Source: Candidatus Saccharimonadota bacterium (GTDB lineage Archaea > Micrarchaeota > Micrarchaeia > Micrarchaeales > Micrarchaeaceae). Taken from it: a stretch of 32,000 bases of DNA. How positions within the stretch are numbered: the first letter of the stretch is position 1; every line of letters starts with the position of its first letter. This document shows, in pieces, positions 19,364 through 28,424 of this stretch. The position numbers were made by a program, and so were the translations under genes. Location of the stretch: positions 720,001 through 752,000 of the forward strand of contig AP024486.1 of assembly GCA_021654395.1 (NCBI GenBank). The letters are read 5' to 3'. The notes beneath the pieces were generated by a model. The model was not told the origin of the DNA, did no database searches, and worked only from the letters and a program-made list of their open reading frames with translations.

Positions 19364-20200
19364 ATGAAAGCGCATACTGCAGTTCATGTATTTGCTAGAA
19401 GTCTACAAAGATTAGGACTAAACATATTTGTAAGAAAGGCTGAGGAGCAAGAGAATGAGGGAAGGATCTATATAAAGCCTGATATTGATAGAGACAGCAT
19501 ACTGAAAGCAGAGATAAATGTGAATAAGATTATACATCAGAATCTTAATGTAAGCTCAGAGATCTTTAATACATTAAAGGAAGCAAAGGAGAGATATCCA
19601 GAGCTTAGATATAACTGGGAGCGCTTAGATGAGAATCAAGAGGTAAGGATAGTTAAGATCGGAGACTTTGATGTAGCAGCATGCTCAAGAGAGCATGAGA
19701 GCTCTACATTGATGCTTAAGGCGTTCTCTATAGATAGCATAAACCATAAGGGTGATGAGACTATTATACACTTCTATGTTGGTGATTCAGCTATAGAGAG
19801 TATGCTTACACTAAAGAGCAAGTATATAGAGGTTAGAGACTACTTAAATACAGATAATATAGTTAAAGCATTTGAGAATCTAAAGGCAGAGAGAGATCTT
19901 CTAAATGATGAGGCTGTTGCGTTAGTAAGACAGGCTGCATCAAAGCTTAATATACTAAGAGTTGAGTCTGCGATGCGCTATATAAAGTTTATAAATGTAA
20001 TAAGTAAGGACGCTGCTTCATTTATACTTGTTGGAAAGAACGATATACTAGCTTATAATAGCTTAAAGGATCTTAAAAGCATAGAGCAGAGTATAAAGAG
20101 CCTGGGATTTAAGGGCCTTGTGAAAGAGCATATTATAGGAGGTAGTGTGCCTAATGATAAGCTTAATGATCTATTAGTAGCTATAAATAGCGAAAAGTAA
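19364..20200 (+). CDS. alaX: AlaX-type trans-editing protein (alanyl/threonyl-tRNA synthetase second additional domain)
   Basis: Has the zinc motif pair HxxxH (HTAVH at residues 4-8) and CxxxH (CSREH), with the surrounding tRNA_SAD-like context VRIVKIGDFDVAACSREH. An AGGTG SD lies 8 nt upstream. Confidence 0.7.
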   Translation: MKAHTAVHVFARSLQRLGLNIFVRKAEEQENEGRIYIKPDIDRDSILKAEINVNKIIHQNLNVSSEIFNTLKEAKERYPELRYNWERLDENQEVRIVKIGDFDVAACSREHESSTLMLKAFSIDSINHKGDETIIHFYVGDSAIESMLTLKSKYIEVRDYLNTDNIVKAFENLKAERDLLNDEAVALVRQAASKLNILRVESAMRYIKFINVISKDAASFILVGKNDILAYNSLKDLKSIEQSIKSLGFKGLVKEHIIGGSVPNDKLNDLLVAINSEK

Positions 20201-20211
20201 GACTAAAAGCC

Positions 20212-21654
20212 TTACTTCTTTCTTTTCATAGCTGGGAATAGTATAACCTCCTTTATCGATGGGCTATCTGTAAGTAGCATAGAAAGTCTCTCTATAGCTA
20301 TTCCCATACCTGTTGTTGGTGGCATTCCATACTCCATAGCCTCTAAGAAATCTGTGTCTGATGGAGGTACCTCAGAGTCTCCTTTCTTTCTCTCTTCCTC
20401 CTGCTGCTCAAACTTCTTCCTCTGCTCTATAGGATTACTCTCCTCTGAATAAGCATTTCCAAGCTCCATTCCACCTATATACATCTCAAATCTCTCTGCA
20501 AGTAACGGATTGCCTCTCTTTACCTTTGCTAGAGGGCTCATATAGACAGGGTAGTCAACTACAAATGTAGGCTGTGTAAGCTCTGGCTTTATATACTTGT
20601 CTAATAAAGCATCTGCTACATGAATAGTATCTTTTATTCCAACCTCTAGCTCCTCGCTCTTTATTATCTCATCTAGCTCTTCATCTTTTAGCTTTAGAAC
20701 ATCTATTCCAGATCTCTTTCTTACCTCATCTACCCAGTAGATTCTTCTAAATGGTGGTGTTAGATCTATATCCTTTCCGTTAAAATGAATCTTAGTTGTC
20801 CCTAGTATATGCTCTGCCATACTGCTGACTAGCTCTTCTGCTAGGCTCATCGTATAGTTATAATCCTTATATGCTCTATAGAACTCTATCTGAGTGAACT
20901 CTGGATTATGCGTGGTATCTATATCCTCATTTCTAAAGTCCTTTGATACTTCGTAAACTGCCTCATATCCTCCAATTATAAGCCTCTTTAGATATAGCTC
21001 ATCAGATATTCTGAGATATGCTATCTCATCTATAGCGTTATACTTTGTTGTAAATGGAGCGGCGTATGCTCCACCATATGTTGGCTGTAGTACAGGAGTC
21101 TCAAACTCTATAAATCCTTTGCTATCTAGGAAGCCTCTGAAGTATGTAAGCACTTTACTTCTTATTATGAACTTCTTTCTAACATCTAGATTCATTATCA
21201 GATCTAATGATCTATTTCTATATCTCTCTTCTACATCCTTAAGCCCGTGAAACTTCTCTGGAAGTATCTTTAATGTCTTAGATAGTATGGTTAGCTCCTT
21301 GCAGTCTACACTTATCTCTCCTCTATTACTCTTTGTTACAGTACCTTTTACACCTATGATATCCCCTCTATCTATTATGCTGCTTAGAAGCTCAAAGGAT
21401 CTCTGATCAGCATAGTTCTTCCTTACCATTATCTGTATATCGCCCTCCTGATCTCTTAATACTAAGAAGTAGATTCCTCCCATCTTTCTTATATTCATTA
21501 CTCTTCCAGCTACACCAACCTCTTTGCCTTCTAGCTCATTGTAGTGCTCGATTATCTCTGTGCTATGATGTGTCTGATCAAACTCGTAAGGATATGGATT
21601 TATACCCATCTCATTAAGTCTATCTACTTTCTCTATAAAGTTACTCTCTGCCAT
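20212..21654 (-). CDS. lysS: lysyl-tRNA synthetase, class II
   Basis: An N-terminal OB anticodon-binding domain (GKEVGVAGRVMNIRKMGGIYFLVLRDQEG) is followed by class II motifs: 1 (ETPVLQP), 2 (FRNEDIDTTHNPEFTQIEFY) and 3 (GMGIAIERLSMLL). Confidence 0.92.
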   Translation of the reverse strand: MAESNFIEKVDRLNEMGINPYPYEFDQTHHSTEIIEHYNELEGKEVGVAGRVMNIRKMGGIYFLVLRDQEGDIQIMVRKNYADQRSFELLSSIIDRGDIIGVKGTVTKSNRGEISVDCKELTILSKTLKILPEKFHGLKDVEERYRNRSLDLIMNLDVRKKFIIRSKVLTYFRGFLDSKGFIEFETPVLQPTYGGAYAAPFTTKYNAIDEIAYLRISDELYLKRLIIGGYEAVYEVSKDFRNEDIDTTHNPEFTQIEFYRAYKDYNYTMSLAEELVSSMAEHILGTTKIHFNGKDIDLTPPFRRIYWVDEVRKRSGIDVLKLKDEELDEIIKSEELEVGIKDTIHVADALLDKYIKPELTQPTFVVDYPVYMSPLAKVKRGNPLLAERFEMYIGGMELGNAYSEESNPIEQRKKFEQQEEERKKGDSEVPPSDTDFLEAMEYGMPPTTGMGIAIERLSMLLTDSPSIKEVILFPAMKRKK

Positions 21655-21694
21655 AAATAAGAATTAGAAGTACGCAGCTTTAAAAATGATGCTA

Positions 21695-22636
21695 TTATAT
21701 AAAGCCTATCTCTCTGTAGTACCTTATAGTTCTATCAATTCCCTCTTCTAGGCTTATCTTTGCCTCGAAGCCTAGCTTTCTCTTTGCTTTCTCTGTATAT
21801 GCTTGCGTCTCTCTAACATAGTTCTTTATTGGATTCTCTACATACTTAGGAGCTATATCCTTATCCAGCTTCTTATTTAGTATACTTACAAGCTCGTTTA
21901 ATGTATAGCTCTTGCCAGTACCGACATTATATGCTTCAAAGCCATCTGCCTTTAATGCTGCCTTTATGTAAGCATCTACTACATCATCTATATTTATGAA
22001 GTCTCTTGTCTGTGTGCCATCCCCATATATCACTGGCTGCTCTCCTTTAGATATAGCCCATATGAACTGACTAACAAGATTAGCATACCTTCCTTTGTAC
22101 TCCTCATGCTTACCATATACAGAGAATAGCCTTAATGCTACTGCGTCTATTCCATAATAATTTGAGTAGAACTCTGCTAATCTCTCTATCGCTATTCTAC
22201 CCTCTGTGTATAAGTCCGTGACCTTCAACGGAAGATCCTCTTTATGAGGTGGCTCTAATCCATTGTATATAGAAGACGATGATGTGATTACAATCTTTGA
22301 ATTATTCTTTTTAGCAAGATCTAATATAGCTATAGCGCCCTTTATAGCCTCAGCTACAAGAAGTGGATTTTCTTTATACATTGGAGCTGATGAGTATATT
22401 CCTAAATGAAATATGTAATCTGGCTTTATATCATACTTGTTAATATTCGCAACATCATCTTTTATTAGCTCGACATTGCCTGTCTCTAAAGCTGATCTCA
22501 GATTCTTCTCTGTACCTGTATGCATGTTATCTATAACATAGATCTTATTCTTGTCTGCCAATCTTTCTACTATGTTACTACCTATAAAACCAGCTCCACC
22601 AGTAACAAGAATTGTGCTATCTGAGATGCTTTCCAT
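21695..22636 (-). CDS. NAD-dependent epimerase/dehydratase (extended SDR, UDP-sugar epimerase/decarboxylase-like)
   Basis: Has the Rossmann motif ILVTGGAGFIGSNIVERL and a Ser-rich catalytic strand (ITSSSSIY). The expected YxxxK reads YTEGR (Tyr143, Arg147). An AGAGGT SD is present upstream. Confidence 0.85.
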   Translation of the reverse strand: MESISDSTILVTGGAGFIGSNIVERLADKNKIYVIDNMHTGTEKNLRSALETGNVELIKDDVANINKYDIKPDYIFHLGIYSSAPMYKENPLLVAEAIKGAIAILDLAKKNNSKIVITSSSSIYNGLEPPHKEDLPLKVTDLYTEGRIAIERLAEFYSNYYGIDAVALRLFSVYGKHEEYKGRYANLVSQFIWAISKGEQPVIYGDGTQTRDFINIDDVVDAYIKAALKADGFEAYNVGTGKSYTLNELVSILNKKLDKDIAPKYVENPIKNYVRETQAYTEKAKRKLGFEAKISLEEGIDRTIRYYREIGFI

Positions 22637-22653
22637 AAAATAAACCTCTTTAC

Positions 22654-22696
22654 TTAAATTTAACTTTAGATCGATATTAATATTTAAATTTAACTT
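22654..22696. repeat. 13-nt direct repeat TTAAATTTAACTT (22654-22666 and 22684-22696)
   Basis: Read directly from the intergenic region upstream of the epimerase gene. The proximal copy lies 18-30 nt upstream of ATG 22636, so this is a TATA-box-like duplication. Confidence 0.5.
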
Positions 22697-22728
22697 CTAA
22701 GTAAGATTATAATTTAAAATTCTATCTT

Positions 22729-23679
22729 TTAATTTTTATATACGTAGCCCTTACTTATTGCAATATTTAAGCCTCTCTTATAGCCATAAACTCCGAATAC
22801 AACAACAGTTATAATAACTATAAAGAATCCCACACCTAGGGAATGAAGATTATGTATATATATTGGTGTTACTATAGAGTAGCTTAAGAGCTGAGGATAC
22901 ACAACTATCGCAATGCCAGCTATTATGAATACTAATCCACCATACTTCAAGACAGTTGTTGTTATTGTTCTACCAACTAATGCTATCCCTTCTCTAGTTA
23001 ATCTCTTTACTTTAAGAAGTGTAGATGCGAATACTGCACCTAGAGCGATCTGTGCAACCATCGTGCCTAAACCGAATAATGCACCTGGTATCCAACCGAT
23101 ATAAGCGTTAGGCATTATAGGAGCTATTACAGTATATATTATTAATGCATATGCTCCAAATCCGAATCCTGCTATAAGACCATGTATAAATGCTAGCCTT
23201 GTTGGAACTGGCTTAAAGCTTACATCTGTATCTTTATGCATAAGCTCTATCTCCTGAGTCTTTTTATCGCCTTTATGCATCTTAGTTAGATTCTCAAGAC
23301 CTCTTTCGATAAGATGCCAGTGTAGATATCTGCCCTCTCTTGATATAAATATACCTGCTAGAAGCATCGCTAAGCCAACGAAGATATATGTTACTCCAAA
23401 GACTATTGATGACATAAATACAGAAGCTAGTGCAAGATAAGCAAGCTCTGACATAAATGCTCTTTGAATGGTAAAGCCTAAAGAGAAGATAAGCCCTGTC
23501 TTAGCACCGCCTCTTGCGTTAAATGTGCCTATAGAGTAGCTAAATGTTATCGGCCATGTATGCTCATCAGGCGTTACTCCATGCATCATCCCTAATAGAA
23601 ATGCTACAAGCAATGCCGATGCTAATGTGAGATCCTGCGGATTCCATAGATTGATATCTATACTAAGCAGATATAGCAT
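22729..23679 (-). CDS. polytopic membrane protein, possible NicO/NiCoT-like metal-ion transporter
   Basis: About 8 hydrophobic segments with a two-fold layout. The first half has LGMMHGVTPDEHTWP, the second has FIHGLIAGFGFG, and a His-rich loop (HWH...MHKGDKK...MHKD) links them. The family assignment is tentative. Confidence 0.35.
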   Translation of the reverse strand: MLYLLSIDINLWNPQDLTLASALLVAFLLGMMHGVTPDEHTWPITFSYSIGTFNARGGAKTGLIFSLGFTIQRAFMSELAYLALASVFMSSIVFGVTYIFVGLAMLLAGIFISREGRYLHWHLIERGLENLTKMHKGDKKTQEIELMHKDTDVSFKPVPTRLAFIHGLIAGFGFGAYALIIYTVIAPIMPNAYIGWIPGALFGLGTMVAQIALGAVFASTLLKVKRLTREGIALVGRTITTTVLKYGGLVFIIAGIAIVVYPQLLSYSIVTPIYIHNLHSLGVGFFIVIITVVVFGVYGYKRGLNIAISKGYVYKN

Positions 23680-23741
23680 ATTGTATATATTAAATTATAC
23701 AAGATATTTAAATTATATTTATCAATATAATAATTACTTAG

Positions 23742-24806
<1,065 letters not shown>

Positions 24807-25003
24807 TTAATGCATCTCTCTAAAGGCAATTAATCTTTTATTTGTAGTCTAAAGAAATTGTATCATATCTTTATAGATAAAACCAGGAATCTTATTTAGC
24901 TAATGCTTTTAGCTATTATAAGCTTAACAGTATACGAAATTTACTTAAACATATAACTAAAAGTTTAAAAATATTATAATAGATTAATTTATAAAGTGAC
25001 TAA

Positions 25004-25369
25004 ATGTCTGATAGATATACATCAGTAAAAACATTAAAGGAGCTAGTACAAAGGTTCTGCGAAGAAAGAGATTGGGATCAGTTCAATAATGCTAAAGATC
25101 TTGCAATAAGTATAACAACTGAAGCCGCTGAGCTACTTGAGCTATTTAGATTTAAGACAGAAAAGGATATAGATGCAATGTTAAAGGATCCTGTAAAACG
25201 TGAACAGATAGGGGAAGAGCTTGCAGATATATTTTATTCTACATTAAGATTTGCTCAGCGATTCGGATTTGATCTTTCTGATGAATTAAGAAGCAAGCTA
25301 CGTAAGAACGCAAAAAAGTACCCTATCGAAAAAGCTAAGGGCTCTAATAAGAAGTATAATGAGGTGTAA
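25004..25369 (+). CDS. MazG-like all-alpha nucleoside-triphosphate pyrophosphohydrolase (DCTPP1/RS21-C6-like)
   Basis: FCEERDWDQFNNAKDLAISITTEAAELLELFRFK carries ExxExxE, GEELADIFYSTLRFAQRFGFDL carries EExxD, and the protein ends with KNAKKYP. This matches the DCTPP1-type pattern as I recall it. Confidence 0.8.
   Translation: MSDRYTSVKTLKELVQRFCEERDWDQFNNAKDLAISITTEAAELLELFRFKTEKDIDAMLKDPVKREQIGEELADIFYSTLRFAQRFGFDLSDELRSKLRKNAKKYPIEKAKGSNKKYNEV
25361..25366 (+). promoter_or_regulatory. Shine-Dalgarno-like GAGGTG for the HNH gene, embedded in the last codons of the MazG-like gene
   Basis: The sequence reads ...aatGAGGTGtaataATG. The MazG-like stop is at 25367-25369 and the next ATG at 25372, which suggests translational coupling. 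Confidence 0.5.
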
Positions 25370-25371
25370 TA

Positions 25372-26298
25372 ATGACTGAAATATATATAATACCTATTGG
25401 ATCTAAAGAACCTGTAGAAAATATGAATAGAACTTTAATCAATAAAGTAAGTAAGAAAGAGGTAGAGGAGCATCATGTATCCTTGGAATCGCTTGGTATA
25501 ATGGATGATTCAGTAAATATATGGGGACTTATACCAGGTAAGAAGAATAATAAAAAGTGGTCTAGATATAATAACGGCGACTATGTAATATTTGTTCCAA
25601 CAAGATATCCGTTAATAGTAGCACAGATAATAGGCAAGACAGACAGCAAAGATCTAGCAGAGTATCTATGGGGTAGGAATAAAAATGGAGCTACATGGGA
25701 GCATATATTCTTCCTTAAAATAATCTCTTTCTTAGAGAAAGAAAAAAGAGAATTTTTAAGAGAGCTTGGGTATAGAGACAAAGACGTATTAAAAGACAAC
25801 CGAAGAATAACTGAAAGATTTATTAAGGTTTATGGCAGCATAGATAACTTTCTATCAAAGAACTATGAAGACAAAGTTAGCGAAGAAGAGATATCTAATG
25901 ATCTTACTGAAAGCCTAATAGAAAGTATATACAGTAAAGAGGACAATAAAAAGGCTTTAGTAGAGCTAGAGAAGATAATAGAAGAGTCTGAAAAGAAGCC
26001 TGCAGATTATATAGAAGTTAGAGGAAGAAGATTTAAGCGCAAGCAACTATTTGTAGTATACGTAAGGATGAGAGATAATTATAGATGCAGGGCTTGCGGA
26101 TTTAACTTCATTAAGAAGGATGGGAAGCCTTATGTAGAGGTAGCGCATATAGTACCTTTATATAAAGGTGGTTTAGATCATCCTTCAAATATGGTTGCTT
26201 TATGTCCAAATTGTCATAAAAAGTTAGATAAAGGAGACGATAAAGCAAGACAAGAGGTCTTAGAAGCACTGAAGAATGCAGGAGCAATTAAAGTATAA
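25372..26298 (+). CDS. HNH endonuclease with an uncharacterised ~130-aa N-terminal domain and a charged helical linker
   Basis: The C-terminus reads YRCRACGFNFIKKDGKPYVEVAHIVPLYKGGLDHPSNMVALCPNCHKKLD, with CxxC...H-IxP...N...CxxCH intact. The N-terminal block is VNIWGLIPGKKNNKKWSRYNNGDYVIFVPTRYPLIVAQIIGK...ATWEHIFFLK. Confidence 0.8.
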   Translation: MTEIYIIPIGSKEPVENMNRTLINKVSKKEVEEHHVSLESLGIMDDSVNIWGLIPGKKNNKKWSRYNNGDYVIFVPTRYPLIVAQIIGKTDSKDLAEYLWGRNKNGATWEHIFFLKIISFLEKEKREFLRELGYRDKDVLKDNRRITERFIKVYGSIDNFLSKNYEDKVSEEEISNDLTESLIESIYSKEDNKKALVELEKIIEESEKKPADYIEVRGRRFKRKQLFVVYVRMRDNYRCRACGFNFIKKDGKPYVEVAHIVPLYKGGLDHPSNMVALCPNCHKKLDKGDDKARQEVLEALKNAGAIKV

Positions 26299-26417
26299 CA
26301 GTATATATTTTATACTTATAATGTAGATACTGTCCAAAATAAACAAATTTTTAAATCTTATTACTTCATATCCAGATAGATTTAAATATCAGAACAGCTT
26401 CAAATAAGATGATCGGT

Positions 26418-28109
26418 ATGACAACAGTCTCTAAATTAAATTCAGAGGAAAATAAGAGTTCTGATTATGCAACTTTTATACTTAAAGCGGTTCCTGATCT
26501 TAATTATGCGAATGTTAAAAGAGTTAAGATTGCATATCTAGAAGGAGGGTTAGAAGTATATCAGATTGATGATGGTAATCTAAGAAGTTACATGATGCGA
26601 GTGAATGGGGCAGATATTGAATTAACTAGAGACCAGTTCCTCAAGATATGGAATAATACAGCTGCAAAGATAGAGAAGACAGTTTATACGCTACGTACTG
26701 ATAATAATAATGAAGCTATAGAGATACACTCTTACGAAGGCAATTTAGAAGGACTAGTATTGGCTCTAGTGCCAATGAACACTAGAATTGATGAGATCTA
26801 TATAAAGGAGTTATCTAATAATATTATTAATGATGTTAGTAATAACCATACATATGATGATACTGAGCTTGCTAGAGCTGACATTCTAGGATCTTTTAGA
26901 TTAAGAAGAGGGCTTGATCCAAAGCTCAAAGGTATGGATTTTGAATCTGCTGTTAAAGAGATTAAAGAAGAAGTAAAGTTTCTAAATAAAAAATTAAGAA
27001 GACCTGTTGTTATCATAATCGCTGGTGCCTCCGGATCTGGTAAGACAACTTTAGCTTCTATGCTTTATCGCGAAATTCCTCGCTCTGTAGTAATATCAAC
27101 TGATAACTATTATATAGGAATAAAGCGTATGAAGGAGAAAGGTATAGATGACTTTGATCTTCCTGAAGCCATAGATAATGATCTACTTAAAGAGCACATA
27201 CGTGCATTAAGAGAACTTAAGTCAATAGAGATGCCAATCTATAGCTTCAAATCTGGTGAGAGAGAGGGTTATATTAATGTAGATCCGATTAAAGATAATG
27301 AACATATTGAGGCTATAATAGTTGAAGGAATATATTCACTTCAAAGTTTTTCAGAGCTTGGTGACATAAATATCTATATATTAATCACTCCACATGATGC
27401 TAGAATTAGAAGATATGGAAGAGACACAAATAGAACCTCCTGGCCACTGAATGATATAATAAGCTATGAGCTATATAAAGTAGCACCCAAGTTTCCATTA
27501 TACATTATGCCGCAAGAGGCAAGAGCTAATACAGTATTAGAAAACAGATATAATCCAAATAGAGAAGGAGTAGAGCTTATTAAGGGTATTGAAAAGCAGT
27601 TTAAGTTTAAACTATCAGAAGATGATTTAGCTAAGGTATATAGAGCCATTTCTGCAAGCTATGCAGAGATATTAGCAAATTCAAAGCAGATAGATATATA
27701 CCTAAAGATTCCTGAAGGCCATAAAGGAGAGCAGCTAAAGCTGAGAATAGAAGGTGATCAAATAATATTTGAATACAAGTTTGTAGCATATGATGGTACA
27801 AGAAGAAGACTAATGGTACCAATAACAGAGGTTGAGTTTGCACGGCTACTAAGCGAATACAAACAGATAAGTCACATAGTATCAAAGTATAGAACCCTAT
27901 ACTCGATTAATGGAATAAACTTCACTGTAGATAGAGATGTTAGAGTGATAACTTTTAACGATAACATGCAGAAGGAGTGTAGACTTGGAAGCTTTATTGA
28001 GATAAAGAACCCAAAGAGCGATGATGATATAAATTGGATAAAGAAGCTACTAGGTTTAGAGGGTAATCCTATTGAGGATTCATATATAGATCTAGCAGAT
28101 CGAATATAA
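26418..28109 (+). CDS. three-domain fusion: degenerate CYTH-like domain, uridine kinase/PRK-family P-loop kinase, and CyaB/ThTPase-like CYTH domain
   Basis: The N-terminal domain aligns by eye to NeuTTM-type CYTH (FILKAVPDL...KIEKTVYTLR...EIHSYEGNLEGLVLALV). The centre has Walker A IIAGASGSGKTT plus ISTDNYY, FDLPEAIDNDLL, MPIYSF, IIVEGIY and ARIRRYGRDTNR (Udk blocks). The C-terminus has IEKQFKFKL...QIDIYL...LKLRIEG...KYRTLYSINGINFTVDRD...LGSFIEIK...SYIDL (CyaB-like). Confidence 0.75.
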   Translation: MTTVSKLNSEENKSSDYATFILKAVPDLNYANVKRVKIAYLEGGLEVYQIDDGNLRSYMMRVNGADIELTRDQFLKIWNNTAAKIEKTVYTLRTDNNNEAIEIHSYEGNLEGLVLALVPMNTRIDEIYIKELSNNIINDVSNNHTYDDTELARADILGSFRLRRGLDPKLKGMDFESAVKEIKEEVKFLNKKLRRPVVIIIAGASGSGKTTLASMLYREIPRSVVISTDNYYIGIKRMKEKGIDDFDLPEAIDNDLLKEHIRALRELKSIEMPIYSFKSGEREGYINVDPIKDNEHIEAIIVEGIYSLQSFSELGDINIYILITPHDARIRRYGRDTNRTSWPLNDIISYELYKVAPKFPLYIMPQEARANTVLENRYNPNREGVELIKGIEKQFKFKLSEDDLAKVYRAISASYAEILANSKQIDIYLKIPEGHKGEQLKLRIEGDQIIFEYKFVAYDGTRRRLMVPITEVEFARLLSEYKQISHIVSKYRTLYSINGINFTVDRDVRVITFNDNMQKECRLGSFIEIKNPKSDDDINWIKKLLGLEGNPIEDSYIDLADRI

Positions 28110-28146
28110 GCAGCTATTAATTCTTCCATTACATTGTTAAATGTTA

Positions 28147-28171
28147 TTTTTAGATAGTTTCTCTGCTTTTT
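28147..28171 (+). terminator. two oligo-T tracts (TTTTT at 28147-28151 and 28167-28171) downstream of the kinase-fusion gene
   Basis: Archaeal terminators are typically oligo-T runs, and these lie 38-62 nt after the stop at 28109. In an AT-rich genome this evidence is weak. Confidence 0.3.
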
Positions 28172-28243
28172 GAATATTACTATAGAGCTTACATAAAAGC
28201 AGCCGATATAAAACCAAATTAAACCTTAATATCAAAGTAATTA

Positions 28244-28317
28244 CGCTCCCACCGGGATTTGAACCCGGATTACAGGCTCCGCAAGCCCGCGTTCTATCCA
28301 GGTTAGACTATGGGAGC
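28244..28317 (-). tRNA. tRNA-Arg (anticodon GCG)
   Basis: The reverse complement folds as GCTCCCA/TA/GTCT-AACCTGGATA-GAAC/G/CGGGC-TTGCGGA-GCCTG/TAAT/CCGGG-TTCAAAT-CCCGG/TGGGAGC/G. There is one C-A mismatch in the D-stem and one G-U pair in the anticodon stem. No CCA is encoded. Confidence 0.85.
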
Positions 28318-28342
28318 TGATAATATTAATTAGAATGATACT

Positions 28343-28352
28343 GTTAAAAATA
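28343..28352 (-). promoter_or_regulatory. TATA-box-like element upstream of tRNA-Arg
   Basis: The minus strand reads TATTTTTAAC, ending about 25 nt upstream of the tRNA 5' end (28317). Confidence 0.3.
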
Positions 28353-28424
28353 GTAAGCCACAACCTTAATATCTATTAGATAAAGCTTCTTAAAAGATCT
28401 TATACAGATATAAAGATACCTTAA

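Noticed and set aside
24807-28243. An integrated mobile element at tRNA-Arg, with att direct repeats and an integrase
   Set aside because: No integrase or transposase ORF is present. I found no copy of the tRNA-Arg 3' segment at the left boundary. The longest strings shared by the two boundaries by eye are 8-9-mers (AGCTATTA, ATAAAACCA), which is expected by chance in AT-rich DNA. The foreign-origin argument therefore rests on codon usage only.
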